Shown here: one piece after another, positions 27,914 through 40,381 of the stretch
How positions within the stretch are numbered: the first letter of the stretch is position 1
Layout of the letters: the number at the start of each line of letters is the position of its first letter
NCBI GenBank assembly: GCA_036375695.1
Contig: DASVBU010000021.1
Coordinates: 27,329 to 91,328 of the forward strand
DNA: 64,000 nt
From: Acidimicrobiia bacterium
Lineage (GTDB): Bacteria; Actinomycetota; Acidimicrobiia; Spongiisociales; ZC4RG35
Direction: 5' to 3'
Notes under the pieces: model-generated
What the model saw: the letters and a program-made list of their open reading frames with translations, nothing else
Database searches by the model: none
Told to the model about the DNA's origin: nothing
Position numbers and translations under genes: made by a program

Positions 27914-28216
27914 ATGCAGCCGTGGATCAGGGATGCCGATGGGGGCGCCGAGTTGCTGATCCACGTCCAGCCGGGGGCCCGAAGATCCGGTGTCGCCGGG
28001 ACCCATGGGGACGCGCTGAAGATCGCGGTACGGGAGAAGGCCACGGGCGGTGCGGCCAACCGCGCCGTCTGCGAACTCGTCGCCGACCTGCTCGAGGTCC
28101 CTCGTTCCACCGTGGAGCTGGTGTCCGGGCACCGCAGTCGTCGCAAACGCCTCCGTGTCGGCGGGGTGGATGCGACCAGCGTCGAGGCCGCGATCTCGGG
28201 CCTCGTGGCCGATTGA
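27914..28216 (+). CDS. DUF167 (YggU/UPF0235) family protein
   Basis: 100 aa; LLIHVQPGARRSGVAGTHGDALKIAVREKATGGAANRAVCELVADLL is characteristic of DUF167. Confidence 0.7.
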   Translation: MQPWIRDADGGAELLIHVQPGARRSGVAGTHGDALKIAVREKATGGAANRAVCELVADLLEVPRSTVELVSGHRSRRKRLRVGGVDATSVEAAISGLVAD

Positions 28217-28324
28217 GGCCATTTCGGCTTTTTGCTCCCTCCCAAACGCCCCATGGTTACACTCCCCCGAATCGGTGGCGGGTTCGCTCGCGCACCGAGC
28301 AATCAAATGGAGGAAAAGGAAGAC

Positions 28325-29710
28325 ATGAGTCGCAATTTCAGATCGCGACACCTGCTGATCCTGACGGTGGTCCTCGCCTTCATCGTTGCCGCATGTGGCA
28401 ATGGTGGCGAGGGGACGACGACCACCACCGGAGGTGGGGACACGACCACCACCGAAGGTGGGATGACGACCACCACGGAAGGCGGCGGGGGTCCCGAAGA
28501 CGACCCGCTCGGTGTCTGGGAGATCGCCCCTGGCGAGGCCATCCAGATCCGGGCGCTCCAGTCCCAGACCGGTGACGCCGGGCCCCTGGGCATCGACCAG
28601 ATCCGGGGCGTCCAGCTCGCCATCGCCGACTTCGGTCCGGTGGCCGGCGAGTGGGAAGTCGACCTCGGCACACCCGAGGACGACCTGTGCAACGCCGAAG
28701 GCGGCCAGGCCGGCGCCCAGGCCATCGTGGCCCAGGAGAACGTGATCGCCGTGATCGGCACCACCTGCTCCGGAGCCGCGTACGCCGCGGCCCCGGTCAT
28801 CACGGGTGCCAACATGGTGATGTTCTCGGGCTCGAACACGGCTCCGAACCTGACCTCTGACCTGCAGGGCAATGCGGGCGAGCAGCACTTCGAGGGCTAC
28901 TACCGCACGGCCCACAACGACCTGTTCCAGGGCGCCGCGGTGGCCAGCTTCGTGTTCAACGACCTGGGTCTGACCCGTGCGGTCGCCATCCATGACGGCG
29001 ACCCCTACACGGAGGGTCTCGTCGACGCCTTCATCGCGGCGTTCGAGACTCTCGGCGGCGAAGTCCCGCTGAAGACGGCCACGACCGGCCAGCAGGGCCA
29101 GGATCAGACGGCGCTCCTCTCCGAGGTCGCCGCTGCCGAGCCCGAGGTCGTGTTCTTCCCGATCTTCCCGCAGACGGGTGGCCCGGAGATCATCCAGCAG
29201 AAGGACGGCGTCGCCGGCCTCGAGGACGTGATCTGGATCGGTGCTGACGGCCTGTTCGTCAACAGCTTCATCACCATCCCGCAGTCCGTGGGCATGTACT
29301 TCTCCGGTCCGGACCTCGACTTCGGTGGCAACACCAGCGCCACTGGTAAGACCTACCAGGAGATGGTGGATGCCTATGTCGCCGAGTTCGGTGAGGAGCC
29401 CACTGCTCCGTTCCACGCCCACACCTACGACGCCACCGTGCTGGTGCTCACCGCCATCCAGGAGGTGGGTGTCGTCGGTGACGACGGCGTGCTGCGGATC
29501 GGCAAGCAGGCCCTGCGCGACTACCTGAACAACGTCTCGGACTTCGACGGTCTGATCGGCAAGATCACCTGCGACGAGTTCGGTGACTGCGGTAGCCAGC
29601 GGGTCCAGGTCGCCCACCACGACGACGCCGCCGTGGACAACATCGCCGACGTGGAGGTCGTCGCTCAGTACGCACGTGCTGACCTGATCGATCTCATCAC
29701 CGGCGGCTGA
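28325..29710 (+). CDS. ABC transporter substrate-binding lipoprotein, Leu/Ile/Val-binding (Peripla_BP_6) family, system 1
   Basis: Start re-set to ATG at 28325 (MSRNFRSRHLLILTVVLAFIVAACG lipobox, AGGAAAAGGAAG SD). Thr/Gly-rich tandem linker TTTTTGGGDTTTTEGGMTTTTEGGGG. LivK-like fold. Confidence 0.8.
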   Translation: MSRNFRSRHLLILTVVLAFIVAACGNGGEGTTTTTGGGDTTTTEGGMTTTTEGGGGPEDDPLGVWEIAPGEAIQIRALQSQTGDAGPLGIDQIRGVQLAIADFGPVAGEWEVDLGTPEDDLCNAEGGQAGAQAIVAQENVIAVIGTTCSGAAYAAAPVITGANMVMFSGSNTAPNLTSDLQGNAGEQHFEGYYRTAHNDLFQGAAVASFVFNDLGLTRAVAIHDGDPYTEGLVDAFIAAFETLGGEVPLKTATTGQQGQDQTALLSEVAAAEPEVVFFPIFPQTGGPEIIQQKDGVAGLEDVIWIGADGLFVNSFITIPQSVGMYFSGPDLDFGGNTSATGKTYQEMVDAYVAEFGEEPTAPFHAHTYDATVLVLTAIQEVGVVGDDGVLRIGKQALRDYLNNVSDFDGLIGKITCDEFGDCGSQRVQVAHHDDAAVDNIADVEVVAQYARADLIDLITGG

Positions 29711-29732
29711 TCCCGACGGATCCAACGATCTG

Positions 29733-29766
29733 AAAGGGGCCCGGCTCGAGCCGGGCCCCTTTCTCA
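29733..29766 (+). terminator. intrinsic terminator-like perfect hairpin after the SBP gene
   Basis: AAAGGGGCCCGGCTCGAGCCGGGCCCCTTTCT: 12-bp GC stem flanked by an A-tract and a T-tract. Confidence 0.6.
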
Positions 29767-29874
29767 CGCCCCGAAACCGGTTCACCCGTTGGGCGAATCC
29801 CTCGATCCGATACGACATGGGCGAAGTCAGTCCGCTATCGTGCCGCAACCTCCAAGGCGCGGACTGGAGTTCAC

Positions 29875-31164
29875 TTGGCTACCGAGAGCATCAGAGTGGA
29901 ACAAAGACGTGTGTCGGCGGACACACCGACCGTCGCCGTCGACGTCTTCATCAACGCCCTCAAGGTGTTCCTCGGCTTCTTCGCCCTCTGGGCCCTCGTG
30001 GGCGCCATCAGCCTCCAGATAGAGGGAAGACTCATCTCGGGCGCCGCCTGGCGGGACGTCCTCACCGGTGGGTTCGTCCAGGGCGCCATGTACGGCCTGG
30101 TCGCCCTGGGATACTCGATGGTCTACGGCATCCTCGGGTTCATCAACTTCGCGCATGGCGAGGTCTTCATGACCGGGATGTTCGGCGCCATGTTCGTGGC
30201 CCACGGGTTGGCCGACAACGGGATGCTGGAGTCGAACTTCTTCCTGGCCATGCTCATCATGATCGTCGCCGCCATGATCGTCTCGTCGGTGGTGGCGGTG
30301 GTGATCGAGAGAGTGGCCTATCGCCCGCTGCGGGGCGCTCCCCGCCTCATCCCCCTGATCACCTCGATCGGCGTCTCGTTCTTCCTCCAGTACGCCGTCA
30401 GCGGTCTCTTCGGCGCGGGTGTGAAGCGCTTCCCCGAGCTCCCTGCAGCCATGCAGCAGCGCTACAACATCCTCGGGCTCCTGGTCAACGGGAGCCAGAT
30501 CCTCGTCGTCGTGGTCACCGCCATCTCGGTGGTCGGCCTCTGGTGGTTCGTCACCCGCTCCAAGACCGGGCGCGCCATCAGGGCGGTAGCCGAGGACAAG
30601 GAGATCGCAGGGCTCATGGGCATCGACGTCGACCGGACCGTGGTCATGACCTTCCTCGTCGGCGGCGCGATGGCGGGTGTGGCTGCGGCGATGTGGGCAT
30701 TCCTCTACAAGAACGTCTTCTTCTTGTCCGGCTTCCTCCCCGGGATCAAGGCGTTCACCGCCGCAGTCCTGGGCGGCATCGGCAACCTGCCAGGCGCCCT
30801 GCTCGGAGGCATGACACTCGGTCTCGTCGAAGCCGCCGGGCCCACCTTCATGACCGCCTGGCGCTGGGCGATCCCCGACGTCGTCGCCTATGTGCTCGGG
30901 GTGATCTCGCTGGCGCTCGCCGTCTTCGGCGCCTACCGGCTCCGTCGGCGAGTCATCGTGCAGACCAGCACCAACATCTCCCTGATCGTCCTCGGTGTCC
31001 TGTTCGCGGTATTGGCCTTCACGGTCATCCCCGGGTTCCAGGTCGTGATCCCCGGCGCATCCCAGCTCAAGGACATGATCGCCTTCATAGTGCTGATCGG
31101 CGTCCTCATGATCCGCCCGATCGGGCTCCTGGGCGAGAGGCTCGCCGTGGAGGAGAGGGGCTGA
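29875..31164 (+). CDS. branched-chain amino-acid-type ABC permease, LivH-like, system 1
   Basis: LVALGYSMVYGILGFINFAHGEVFM matches the LivH N-terminal motif; start uncertain (N-terminal extension in track ORF). Confidence 0.7.
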   Translation: MATESIRVEQRRVSADTPTVAVDVFINALKVFLGFFALWALVGAISLQIEGRLISGAAWRDVLTGGFVQGAMYGLVALGYSMVYGILGFINFAHGEVFMTGMFGAMFVAHGLADNGMLESNFFLAMLIMIVAAMIVSSVVAVVIERVAYRPLRGAPRLIPLITSIGVSFFLQYAVSGLFGAGVKRFPELPAAMQQRYNILGLLVNGSQILVVVVTAISVVGLWWFVTRSKTGRAIRAVAEDKEIAGLMGIDVDRTVVMTFLVGGAMAGVAAAMWAFLYKNVFFLSGFLPGIKAFTAAVLGGIGNLPGALLGGMTLGLVEAAGPTFMTAWRWAIPDVVAYVLGVISLALAVFGAYRLRRRVIVQTSTNISLIVLGVLFAVLAFTVIPGFQVVIPGASQLKDMIAFIVLIGVLMIRPIGLLGERLAVEERG

Positions 31165-31165
31165 G

Positions 31166-33123
<1,958 letters not shown>

Positions 33124-33124
<1 letters not shown>

Positions 33125-33912
33125 TGGCGGAGCACATGATGGAGACCCGAGCGCTGGCGAAGCGGTTCGGCGGTCTCAACGCGCTCGCCGGTGTCGACTT
33201 CCACATCGACCGCGGGGAGATCGTGAGCATCATCGGGCCCAATGGCGCCGGGAAGACGACCTTCTTCAATGCCGTCAGCGGCATGTACCCGCCGGACTCC
33301 GGTGACGCCCTGTTCAAGGGCCAGAGCATCGCCGGGCTGAGCCCCGACCAGATCACCAAGATCGGCATCGCCCGGACGTTCCAGAACGTGCGGCTCTTCC
33401 CCAACATGACGGTGCTGGAGAACGTGATGGTCGCCCGTCACTGCCGCACCCACAAGAGCGTCCTGCCCACCATCTTCCGGAGCCCGGGGTTCCTCGCCGA
33501 GGAGAAGGAGATCGAGGACCGGGCCAAGGAGATCCTGTCGTTCTTCGGCAAGAGGCTCCACGGCTACCGCTGGGAGCAGCCCGCCTATGTGCTCTCCTAC
33601 GCCAACCGCCGTCGTCTCGAGATCGCCCGGGCCATGGCGACCGACCCCGAGCTGCTCCTGCTCGACGAGCCGACCGCAGGCATGAACCCCCGGGAGAGCA
33701 TGGAGCTGCGCGAGCTGATCGGCCGGCTCCGGGACGAGTGGGGCTTCACCATCATCATCATCGAGCACGACATGCGGGTGGTCCGTGACGTCTCCGACCG
33801 GGTGGTGGTGCTCGACCACGGAGAGAAGCTCACGGAGGGCACGTACGATCAGGTCTCGACCAACCCGCAGGTGATCGAGGCCTACCTGGGCCGACAGGCG
33901 GATCAGGGCTGA
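33124..33912 (+). CDS. ABC ATP-binding protein LivG-like, system 1
   Basis: Start at ATG at 33124 overlapping the LivM stop (TGATG); Walker [10 protein letters not shown]; LivG-type C-terminal extension. Confidence 0.85.
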
Positions 33913-34643
33913 TGACCGAAGATCGCACCCCCCTCCTCGAATTCAAGGACGTGAACACCTACTACGGGCTGGTTCACATCCTCAAGGACGTCAACCTCAA
34001 GATCTACCCGGGCGAGATCGTCTGTCTCCTCGGCGGCAACGCCTCGGGGAAGAGCACCACGCTGAAGACGATCCTGGGCATGGTCATCCCCGCCTCGGGA
34101 ACCGTGTACATCGACGGCATGGACGTGACCAAATGGTCGACCAGCCAGCGTGTCGAGCACGGGATCTCGATGGTCCCGGAGAACCGTCGCCTGTTCAAGC
34201 GGATGACGGTGAGGGAGAACCTCGAGATCGGCGCCTACCTGCGCAAGGACAGGGAGAACCTTCAGGCCGAGATGGAGCGGATCTTCGAGCTGTTCCCCAG
34301 GGTCAAGGAGCGGCTCAACCAGAAGGCCGGGACCCTCTCCGGTGGCGAGCAGCAGATGGTGGCCGTGGGCCGTGCCCTCATGTCCAACCCCAAGCTCCTC
34401 CTCATGGACGAGCCGTCGATGGGTCTGGCCCCGATCCTGGTCGCCCAGAGCTTCGAGATCATCCAGCAGATCCACGAGGCCGGGACCTCGGTGTTCGTGG
34501 TGGAGCAGAACGCCAACATGGCGCTCTCCATCGCCGACCGGGGCTATGTGCTCCAGACCGGCCAGATCGTGCTCTCCGACACGGCCCAGGCGCTTCTGGA
34601 GAACCCGCAGATGCGCCAGGCCTACCTCGGCGAAGTCTCCTAG
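33912..34643 (+). CDS. ABC ATP-binding protein LivF-like, system 1
   Basis: Walker A GGNASGKST, LSGGEQQMVAVGRAL signature; ATGA overlap with LivG. Confidence 0.85.
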   Translation: MTEDRTPLLEFKDVNTYYGLVHILKDVNLKIYPGEIVCLLGGNASGKSTTLKTILGMVIPASGTVYIDGMDVTKWSTSQRVEHGISMVPENRRLFKRMTVRENLEIGAYLRKDRENLQAEMERIFELFPRVKERLNQKAGTLSGGEQQMVAVGRALMSNPKLLLMDEPSMGLAPILVAQSFEIIQQIHEAGTSVFVVEQNANMALSIADRGYVLQTGQIVLSDTAQALLENPQMRQAYLGEVS

Positions 34644-34756
34644 ACCAGCCCTCCGGGCGCCGAGAAGTACCTGTCCGATTACCCCTTCGACTATCGGGCA
34701 CGCGTAAGGTCACGCCGCTACCCTCGCCACGCCCCGGCAGGGGCGCTGGAGGAGGA

Positions 34757-35526
<770 letters not shown>

Positions 35527-35539
<13 letters not shown>

Positions 35540-36378
35540 GGGCACGACTTCTCGGCGAAGTCCTCCCCCGGGCGGAGGGACACGACGTCGTCCTCTCGGT
35601 CGAGGGCCTCCACCTCTCCTTCCACGCGGTGAAGGCCATCGAAGGTGTCGGCTTCACCGTCCACGACGGGGAGATCTTCGCCATCATCGGGCCCAACGGC
35701 GCCGGGAAGACCTCGGTGTTCAACTGCATCTCCGGCTTCTATCGCCCCGACTCGGGCACGATCGGCTTCGATGGTCGTGACCTCGTCGGCCTCAAGCCAC
35801 ACAGGATCGCCAACCTCGGCGTCGCCCGGACGTTCCAGAACATCGAGCTCTTCCCCCAGATGACCGTGCTCGACAACCTCATGCTGGGCCGGCACCGCCA
35901 CCTTCGCTACGGGTCGCTCGCCGCCATGCTCCGGGTGGGCAAGGCGATTCGGCAGGAGGTGCACAACCGAGAGGTCGTCGAAGCCATCGTCGAATTCCTC
36001 GAACTGGAGCCATATCGCAAGTCCTACGTGGCGATGCTCCCGTATGGTGTGCAGAAGAGGGTCGAGCTGGGCCGGGCCCTCGCCACGGAGCCTCGCATCC
36101 TGCTCCTCGACGAGCCGGCCGCCGGCATGAACCTCGAGGAGACCGAAGACATGGCGCGCTACATCACCGACATCCGGCGGGAGTTGGGGATTGGCGTGAT
36201 CCTCGTCGACCACGACATGCGTCTGGTGATGGACCTCGCCGACACGGTCCTCGCCCTCGAGTTCGGCCGGCACATCGCCACCGGCTCACCCGATGCCATC
36301 CAATCCAACCCAGACGTGATCCGCGCCTATCTGGGCGAGGGTCAGCAGTCCGCGACGATCCCGGGAGGTTCCGCATGA
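35527..36378 (+). CDS. ABC ATP-binding protein LivG-like, system 2
   Basis: Walker [10 protein letters not shown]; LivG-type; GTG start overlapping the previous stop. Confidence 0.85.
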
Positions 36379-38225
36379 CCACCACACTCGAGCCGAGAAC
36401 CCGTCTGCGCACACCGGCGGCGCGACTGGTCGAGCACGCCGAGCTCACGCCGAACAAGGTGGCCCTCAGGGAGAAGTACCACGGCGTCTGGAGAGAGATC
36501 ACCTGGGGTGAGTACTGGGACAACGTGGAGACGTTCGCCCACGCCCTCATGGCGTACGGGATCGAGAAGGGCGACCGGGTGGCCATCCAATCCGAGAACC
36601 GGCCCGAGTGGCTGTACACCGACCTGGGATCGATGTCCGCCGGCGCCATCTGCGTCGGTCTCTATCCCACCAACCCGACCGCCGAGATCGAGTACCTCCT
36701 CTCCAACTCCGGCTCCAAGGTCCACGTGGTCGAGGATCAGGAGCAGGCAGACAAGGTCCTGGCCATCCCGCCGGACAGGCTCCCGGAGCTGAAGCACATC
36801 ATCTACATCGAGCACCGGGGAGTGGACAACATCGACGACCCGCGGCTCATCTCCTGGGACGAATTCATGGCTGCCGGCCGGGAGCACCGTGAAGCCCATC
36901 CCGACGCGGTGGCCCGGAGCCTCGACGAGGCGGAGCCCGACGACGTCGTCTACCTCATCTACACATCCGGCACCACCGGGCCACCCAAGGGCGCCATGCT
37001 CACCATGGGCAACCTGGTCTACGCCACGGAGTTGATCACCGGCCATCGCGCGCTGATCCGCCCTCCGGCCGGCCCCAAGGACCTCCTCGTCTCCTATCTG
37101 CCGTTGTGCCACATCTACGAGAAGGTGTTCTCGGTGCTGATCGGCATCGGCGGCGGCGCCACGGTGCATTTCGGCGAGTCGCTGGACACGCTGATCACCG
37201 ACCTTCGCGAGGTCCAGCCCACGATCATGCAGGGCGTCCCGCGGATCTGGGAGCGGATCCACGCATCCTCGATGGTGCGGATGGCATCCGCCTCCCCGCT
37301 GAAGAGGCTCAACGCCGGGATCTGGCTGGCAGCCGCCCGCCACATCGGGGCCACCAAGGTGAAGCGGAACGGCCACCACACCGTGTCGACCAAGATCCTC
37401 GCCGCCCTCGGCGAGGTCTTCTTGTTCCGGGCGCTAAAGGACCGCGCGGGCCTGCGGCGTGTCCGCACGGCCATCTCCGGCGCCGCGCCGATCGCCCCCG
37501 AGATCCTCGAGTTCTACATGGGCATCGGGGTCCCGCTGTTCGAGGCCTACGGGATGACCGAGAACACCGCCATCGCCACTGCCAACCCGCCGGACGACGT
37601 CAAGGTGGGGACGGTCGGGCCGCCCTATGAGGGGACCGAGCTCGAGATCGACCCCGAGACCGGGGAGATCCTGGTCCGGCATGGCGCGGTGTTCGCCGGC
37701 TACTGGAACATGCCCGAGGCCACGGCGCGGACGCTCGATGCCGACGGCTGGCTCCACACCGGCGACGTCGGCGAGTGGGTGGACGGGACCCACGTCAAGA
37801 TCGTCGACCGGATCAAGGACATCATCATCACCAGTGGGGGCAAGAACATCTCCCCCTCGGAGCTCGAGAACTCCTTGAAGGCGTCGCCGTACATCAAGGA
37901 GGCGATCGTCATCGGGGACCGGCGCAAGTACCTGACGGCCCTCATCGGGATCGACTACGAGGTCGTCTCCGAGTGGGCGCAGCGTCGCAACATCCCCCAC
38001 ACCACCTACCGCGACCTCTCCGAGAAGCCGGAGGTGGTCGCCCTGGTGGACAAGGCGGTCAAGGAGGTGAACGAGAAGTTCGCCCGGGTCGAGCAGATCA
38101 AGGCGTTCCGGCTCATCACCAAGGAGCTCGACCACGAGGACGGCGAGCTCACCGCCACCCAGAAGGTGAAGCGAACCATCATCGAGTCCCGATTCGCCGA
38201 CCTAATCGAGTCGATGTACGAATGA
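36375..38225 (+). CDS. long-chain fatty-acid-CoA ligase (AMP-dependent synthetase/ligase), embedded in ABC system 2
   Basis: 616 aa; AMP-binding motif YTSGTTGPPKGAML; FACL-type linker and C-terminal domain; overlaps flanking genes by 4 nt on each side. Confidence 0.85.
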   Translation: MTTTLEPRTRLRTPAARLVEHAELTPNKVALREKYHGVWREITWGEYWDNVETFAHALMAYGIEKGDRVAIQSENRPEWLYTDLGSMSAGAICVGLYPTNPTAEIEYLLSNSGSKVHVVEDQEQADKVLAIPPDRLPELKHIIYIEHRGVDNIDDPRLISWDEFMAAGREHREAHPDAVARSLDEAEPDDVVYLIYTSGTTGPPKGAMLTMGNLVYATELITGHRALIRPPAGPKDLLVSYLPLCHIYEKVFSVLIGIGGGATVHFGESLDTLITDLREVQPTIMQGVPRIWERIHASSMVRMASASPLKRLNAGIWLAAARHIGATKVKRNGHHTVSTKILAALGEVFLFRALKDRAGLRRVRTAISGAAPIAPEILEFYMGIGVPLFEAYGMTENTAIATANPPDDVKVGTVGPPYEGTELEIDPETGEILVRHGAVFAGYWNMPEATARTLDADGWLHTGDVGEWVDGTHVKIVDRIKDIIITSGGKNISPSELENSLKASPYIKEAIVIGDRRKYLTALIGIDYEVVSEWAQRRNIPHTTYRDLSEKPEVVALVDKAVKEVNEKFARVEQIKAFRLITKELDHEDGELTATQKVKRTIIESRFADLIESMYE

Positions 38226-39115
38226 CCCAGTTCATCCAGGTGGTCCTGAACGGGGTGGCCCAGGCCGCCGTCTACGCCCTGGTGGCGGTGGGCTTCGTCA
38301 TCATCTTCAAGTCCACCCAGGTGCTCAACTTCGCCCAGCCGGCCTTGCTCCTCTTCGGTGCGCTGTGGGTGACGTACTTCGCCACCTCGGTGGGTCTCCC
38401 GTTCTGGCTGTCCGTGATCATCGCGGTCGTCCTCTCGGCCGCCACCGGCATCGCCGTGGAGCGCACGGCTCTTCGGCCCATGGTCGGGAAGCCGATCTTC
38501 GCCGTGGCGATCATGACGATCGGGCTGAACACGGTGCTCACGGTGCTCGCCCTTGCCGGCCTCGGCATCGACCTCCGACCCATCGGCGACCCCTGGGGGA
38601 TCAAGACCGTCCGGCTCGGCGGCTTCGCCCTCGCCCAGCACCAGGTGGCGGCGATCATCACGGCCGTCGTCCTGGTCTCGGCGCTGCTCGTCTTCTTCAA
38701 GTACTCCCGGATGGGGCTTGCGATGCGGGCGGCGGCATTCGACCAGGAGGTGGCCCTCACCCAAGGCGTCTCGGTCGCCTCTGTGTTCGCCCTGTCCTGG
38801 GCGCTGTCGGCGGTGCTCGCCATGTTCGGCGGTGTCTTCGTCGGCGCCGGGGTGGGCATCGACCGGAGCGCCCAGGTGGTTGCCCTCAAGGCCCTGCCGG
38901 TGGTCATCGTGGGAGGCCTCGACTCGATCGGGGGCGCTCTCGTCGGCGCGATCATCATCGGGATCACCGAGGCGCTCGCCCAGAACTACCAGCCCACCCT
39001 GGCACCCGGGCTGGGTCGGAACTTCTCCCAGGTCGTGCCGTACCTGGTGATGTTCATCGTGCTGCTGATCCGGCCGACGGGTCTGTTCGGCACCGAGGAG
39101 GTGGAGAGGGTATGA
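38222..39115 (+). CDS. branched-chain amino-acid-type ABC permease, LivH-like, system 2
   Basis: Start at ATG at 38222 (ATGA overlap with ligase stop); MTQFIQVVLNGVAQAAVYALVAVGFVIIF is LivH-like. Confidence 0.8.
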   Translation: MTQFIQVVLNGVAQAAVYALVAVGFVIIFKSTQVLNFAQPALLLFGALWVTYFATSVGLPFWLSVIIAVVLSAATGIAVERTALRPMVGKPIFAVAIMTIGLNTVLTVLALAGLGIDLRPIGDPWGIKTVRLGGFALAQHQVAAIITAVVLVSALLVFFKYSRMGLAMRAAAFDQEVALTQGVSVASVFALSWALSAVLAMFGGVFVGAGVGIDRSAQVVALKALPVVIVGGLDSIGGALVGAIIIGITEALAQNYQPTLAPGLGRNFSQVVPYLVMFIVLLIRPTGLFGTEEVERV

Positions 39116-40311
39116 GGCTGGGTCGGCCGGGGCTCATCTCCGACTACGCCACGGACACGGCCATCTTCCGGAGCAACGTCGCCCGTTTCTGGTTCACCGT
39201 GCTCCTCGTCGTCGTCGTGGTACTCGGTCTCGGAGGGGCCATCCCGCTCGGGTTCATGACCCTGTCCCTCGACGGGGAGGCGATGTTCCTCCTCGTCACC
39301 GCCCTGTTCGCTTCGGTGGCCGCCATCGGGCTCAACATCGTCACCGGTATCGCCGGCCAGGTCTCCCTGGGCCACGCCTTCTTCCTCGGTCTGGGCGCAT
39401 TCACCGCCGCCCTGCTCGGGGGTGTCGGGGAGACCCGCCAGGTCTTCGACCTCGAGACCGGACAGTTCGTACAGCAGACCCTGCTCTTGGGCTTCGAACT
39501 CGACATGCTCATCTGGCTGCCCGCAGCCGGCATCGTCGCCGCGCTCGCCGGCCTGATCGTGGCCCCGGTCGCCTTCCGGCTCCGGGGCCTCTACCTGGCA
39601 GTGGTCACGCTCGGTCTGGTGTTCCTCGGCGAGCACCTGTTCCGGGAGTGGGACGTGCTCACGGGCGGAGTGGGCATCGGCCGGCCGACTCCCTCGCTAT
39701 CCCTTCTCGGCTTTCGATTCGACCAACCCGGCGAGGTGCTGGGCTTCATGCTCGACCGGCAAGAGAAGCTGTTCGTGCTCGGCCTCATCCTGCTCCTCAT
39801 CTTCGGCCTGGCAGCCAAGAACCTGACCCGCTCCAAGATCGGCCGCGCCCTCTCGGCGATCAGGGACAGGGACATCGCGGCTTCGATGATGGGGATCGAC
39901 CTCTCCAGGTACAAGACCGTCGCCTTCGTCATCTCGTCGTTCTACGCGGGGGTCGCCGGTGCCCTGCTCTACACGGTGATCGGGCGCCTCCAACCCGAGT
40001 CGTTCAACCTCCTGCTCTCCGTGGAGTACATCGCCATGATCCTCATCGGTGGCGTCGCCACGGTCTCGGGCGCGATCATGGGGGCGGCGTTCATCACCTT
40101 CCTGCCCCTCGTGGTCAGGTGGCTGGCCGGGTTCCCGGTCTTCGGGTTCATCTCCACCGCACCGGGGGGCAACTTCCCCACGGTCGCCCACATCGAGGAG
40201 ATCCTGTTTGGCGTCCTCATCGTGGTGTTCCTCATATTCGAGCCTCTCGGTCTGTACGGAATCTGGATACGCATTCGCAACTACTGGAAGGCTTGGCCGT
40301 TCAGTTATTGA
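39112..40311 (+). CDS. branched-chain amino-acid-type ABC permease, LivM-like, system 2
   Basis: Start at ATG at 39112 (ATGA overlap); NIVTGIAGQVSLGHAFFLGLGAFTAALL is LivM-like. Confidence 0.8.
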   Translation: MRLGRPGLISDYATDTAIFRSNVARFWFTVLLVVVVVLGLGGAIPLGFMTLSLDGEAMFLLVTALFASVAAIGLNIVTGIAGQVSLGHAFFLGLGAFTAALLGGVGETRQVFDLETGQFVQQTLLLGFELDMLIWLPAAGIVAALAGLIVAPVAFRLRGLYLAVVTLGLVFLGEHLFREWDVLTGGVGIGRPTPSLSLLGFRFDQPGEVLGFMLDRQEKLFVLGLILLLIFGLAAKNLTRSKIGRALSAIRDRDIAASMMGIDLSRYKTVAFVISSFYAGVAGALLYTVIGRLQPESFNLLLSVEYIAMILIGGVATVSGAIMGAAFITFLPLVVRWLAGFPVFGFISTAPGGNFPTVAHIEEILFGVLIVVFLIFEPLGLYGIWIRIRNYWKAWPFSY

Positions 40312-40381
40312 GCAGAGAGATAAAGTTGGCGGACGGTCGGATAGGACCGCGTCCGTCATGGACAACTAGGAGGAGAAGGAC

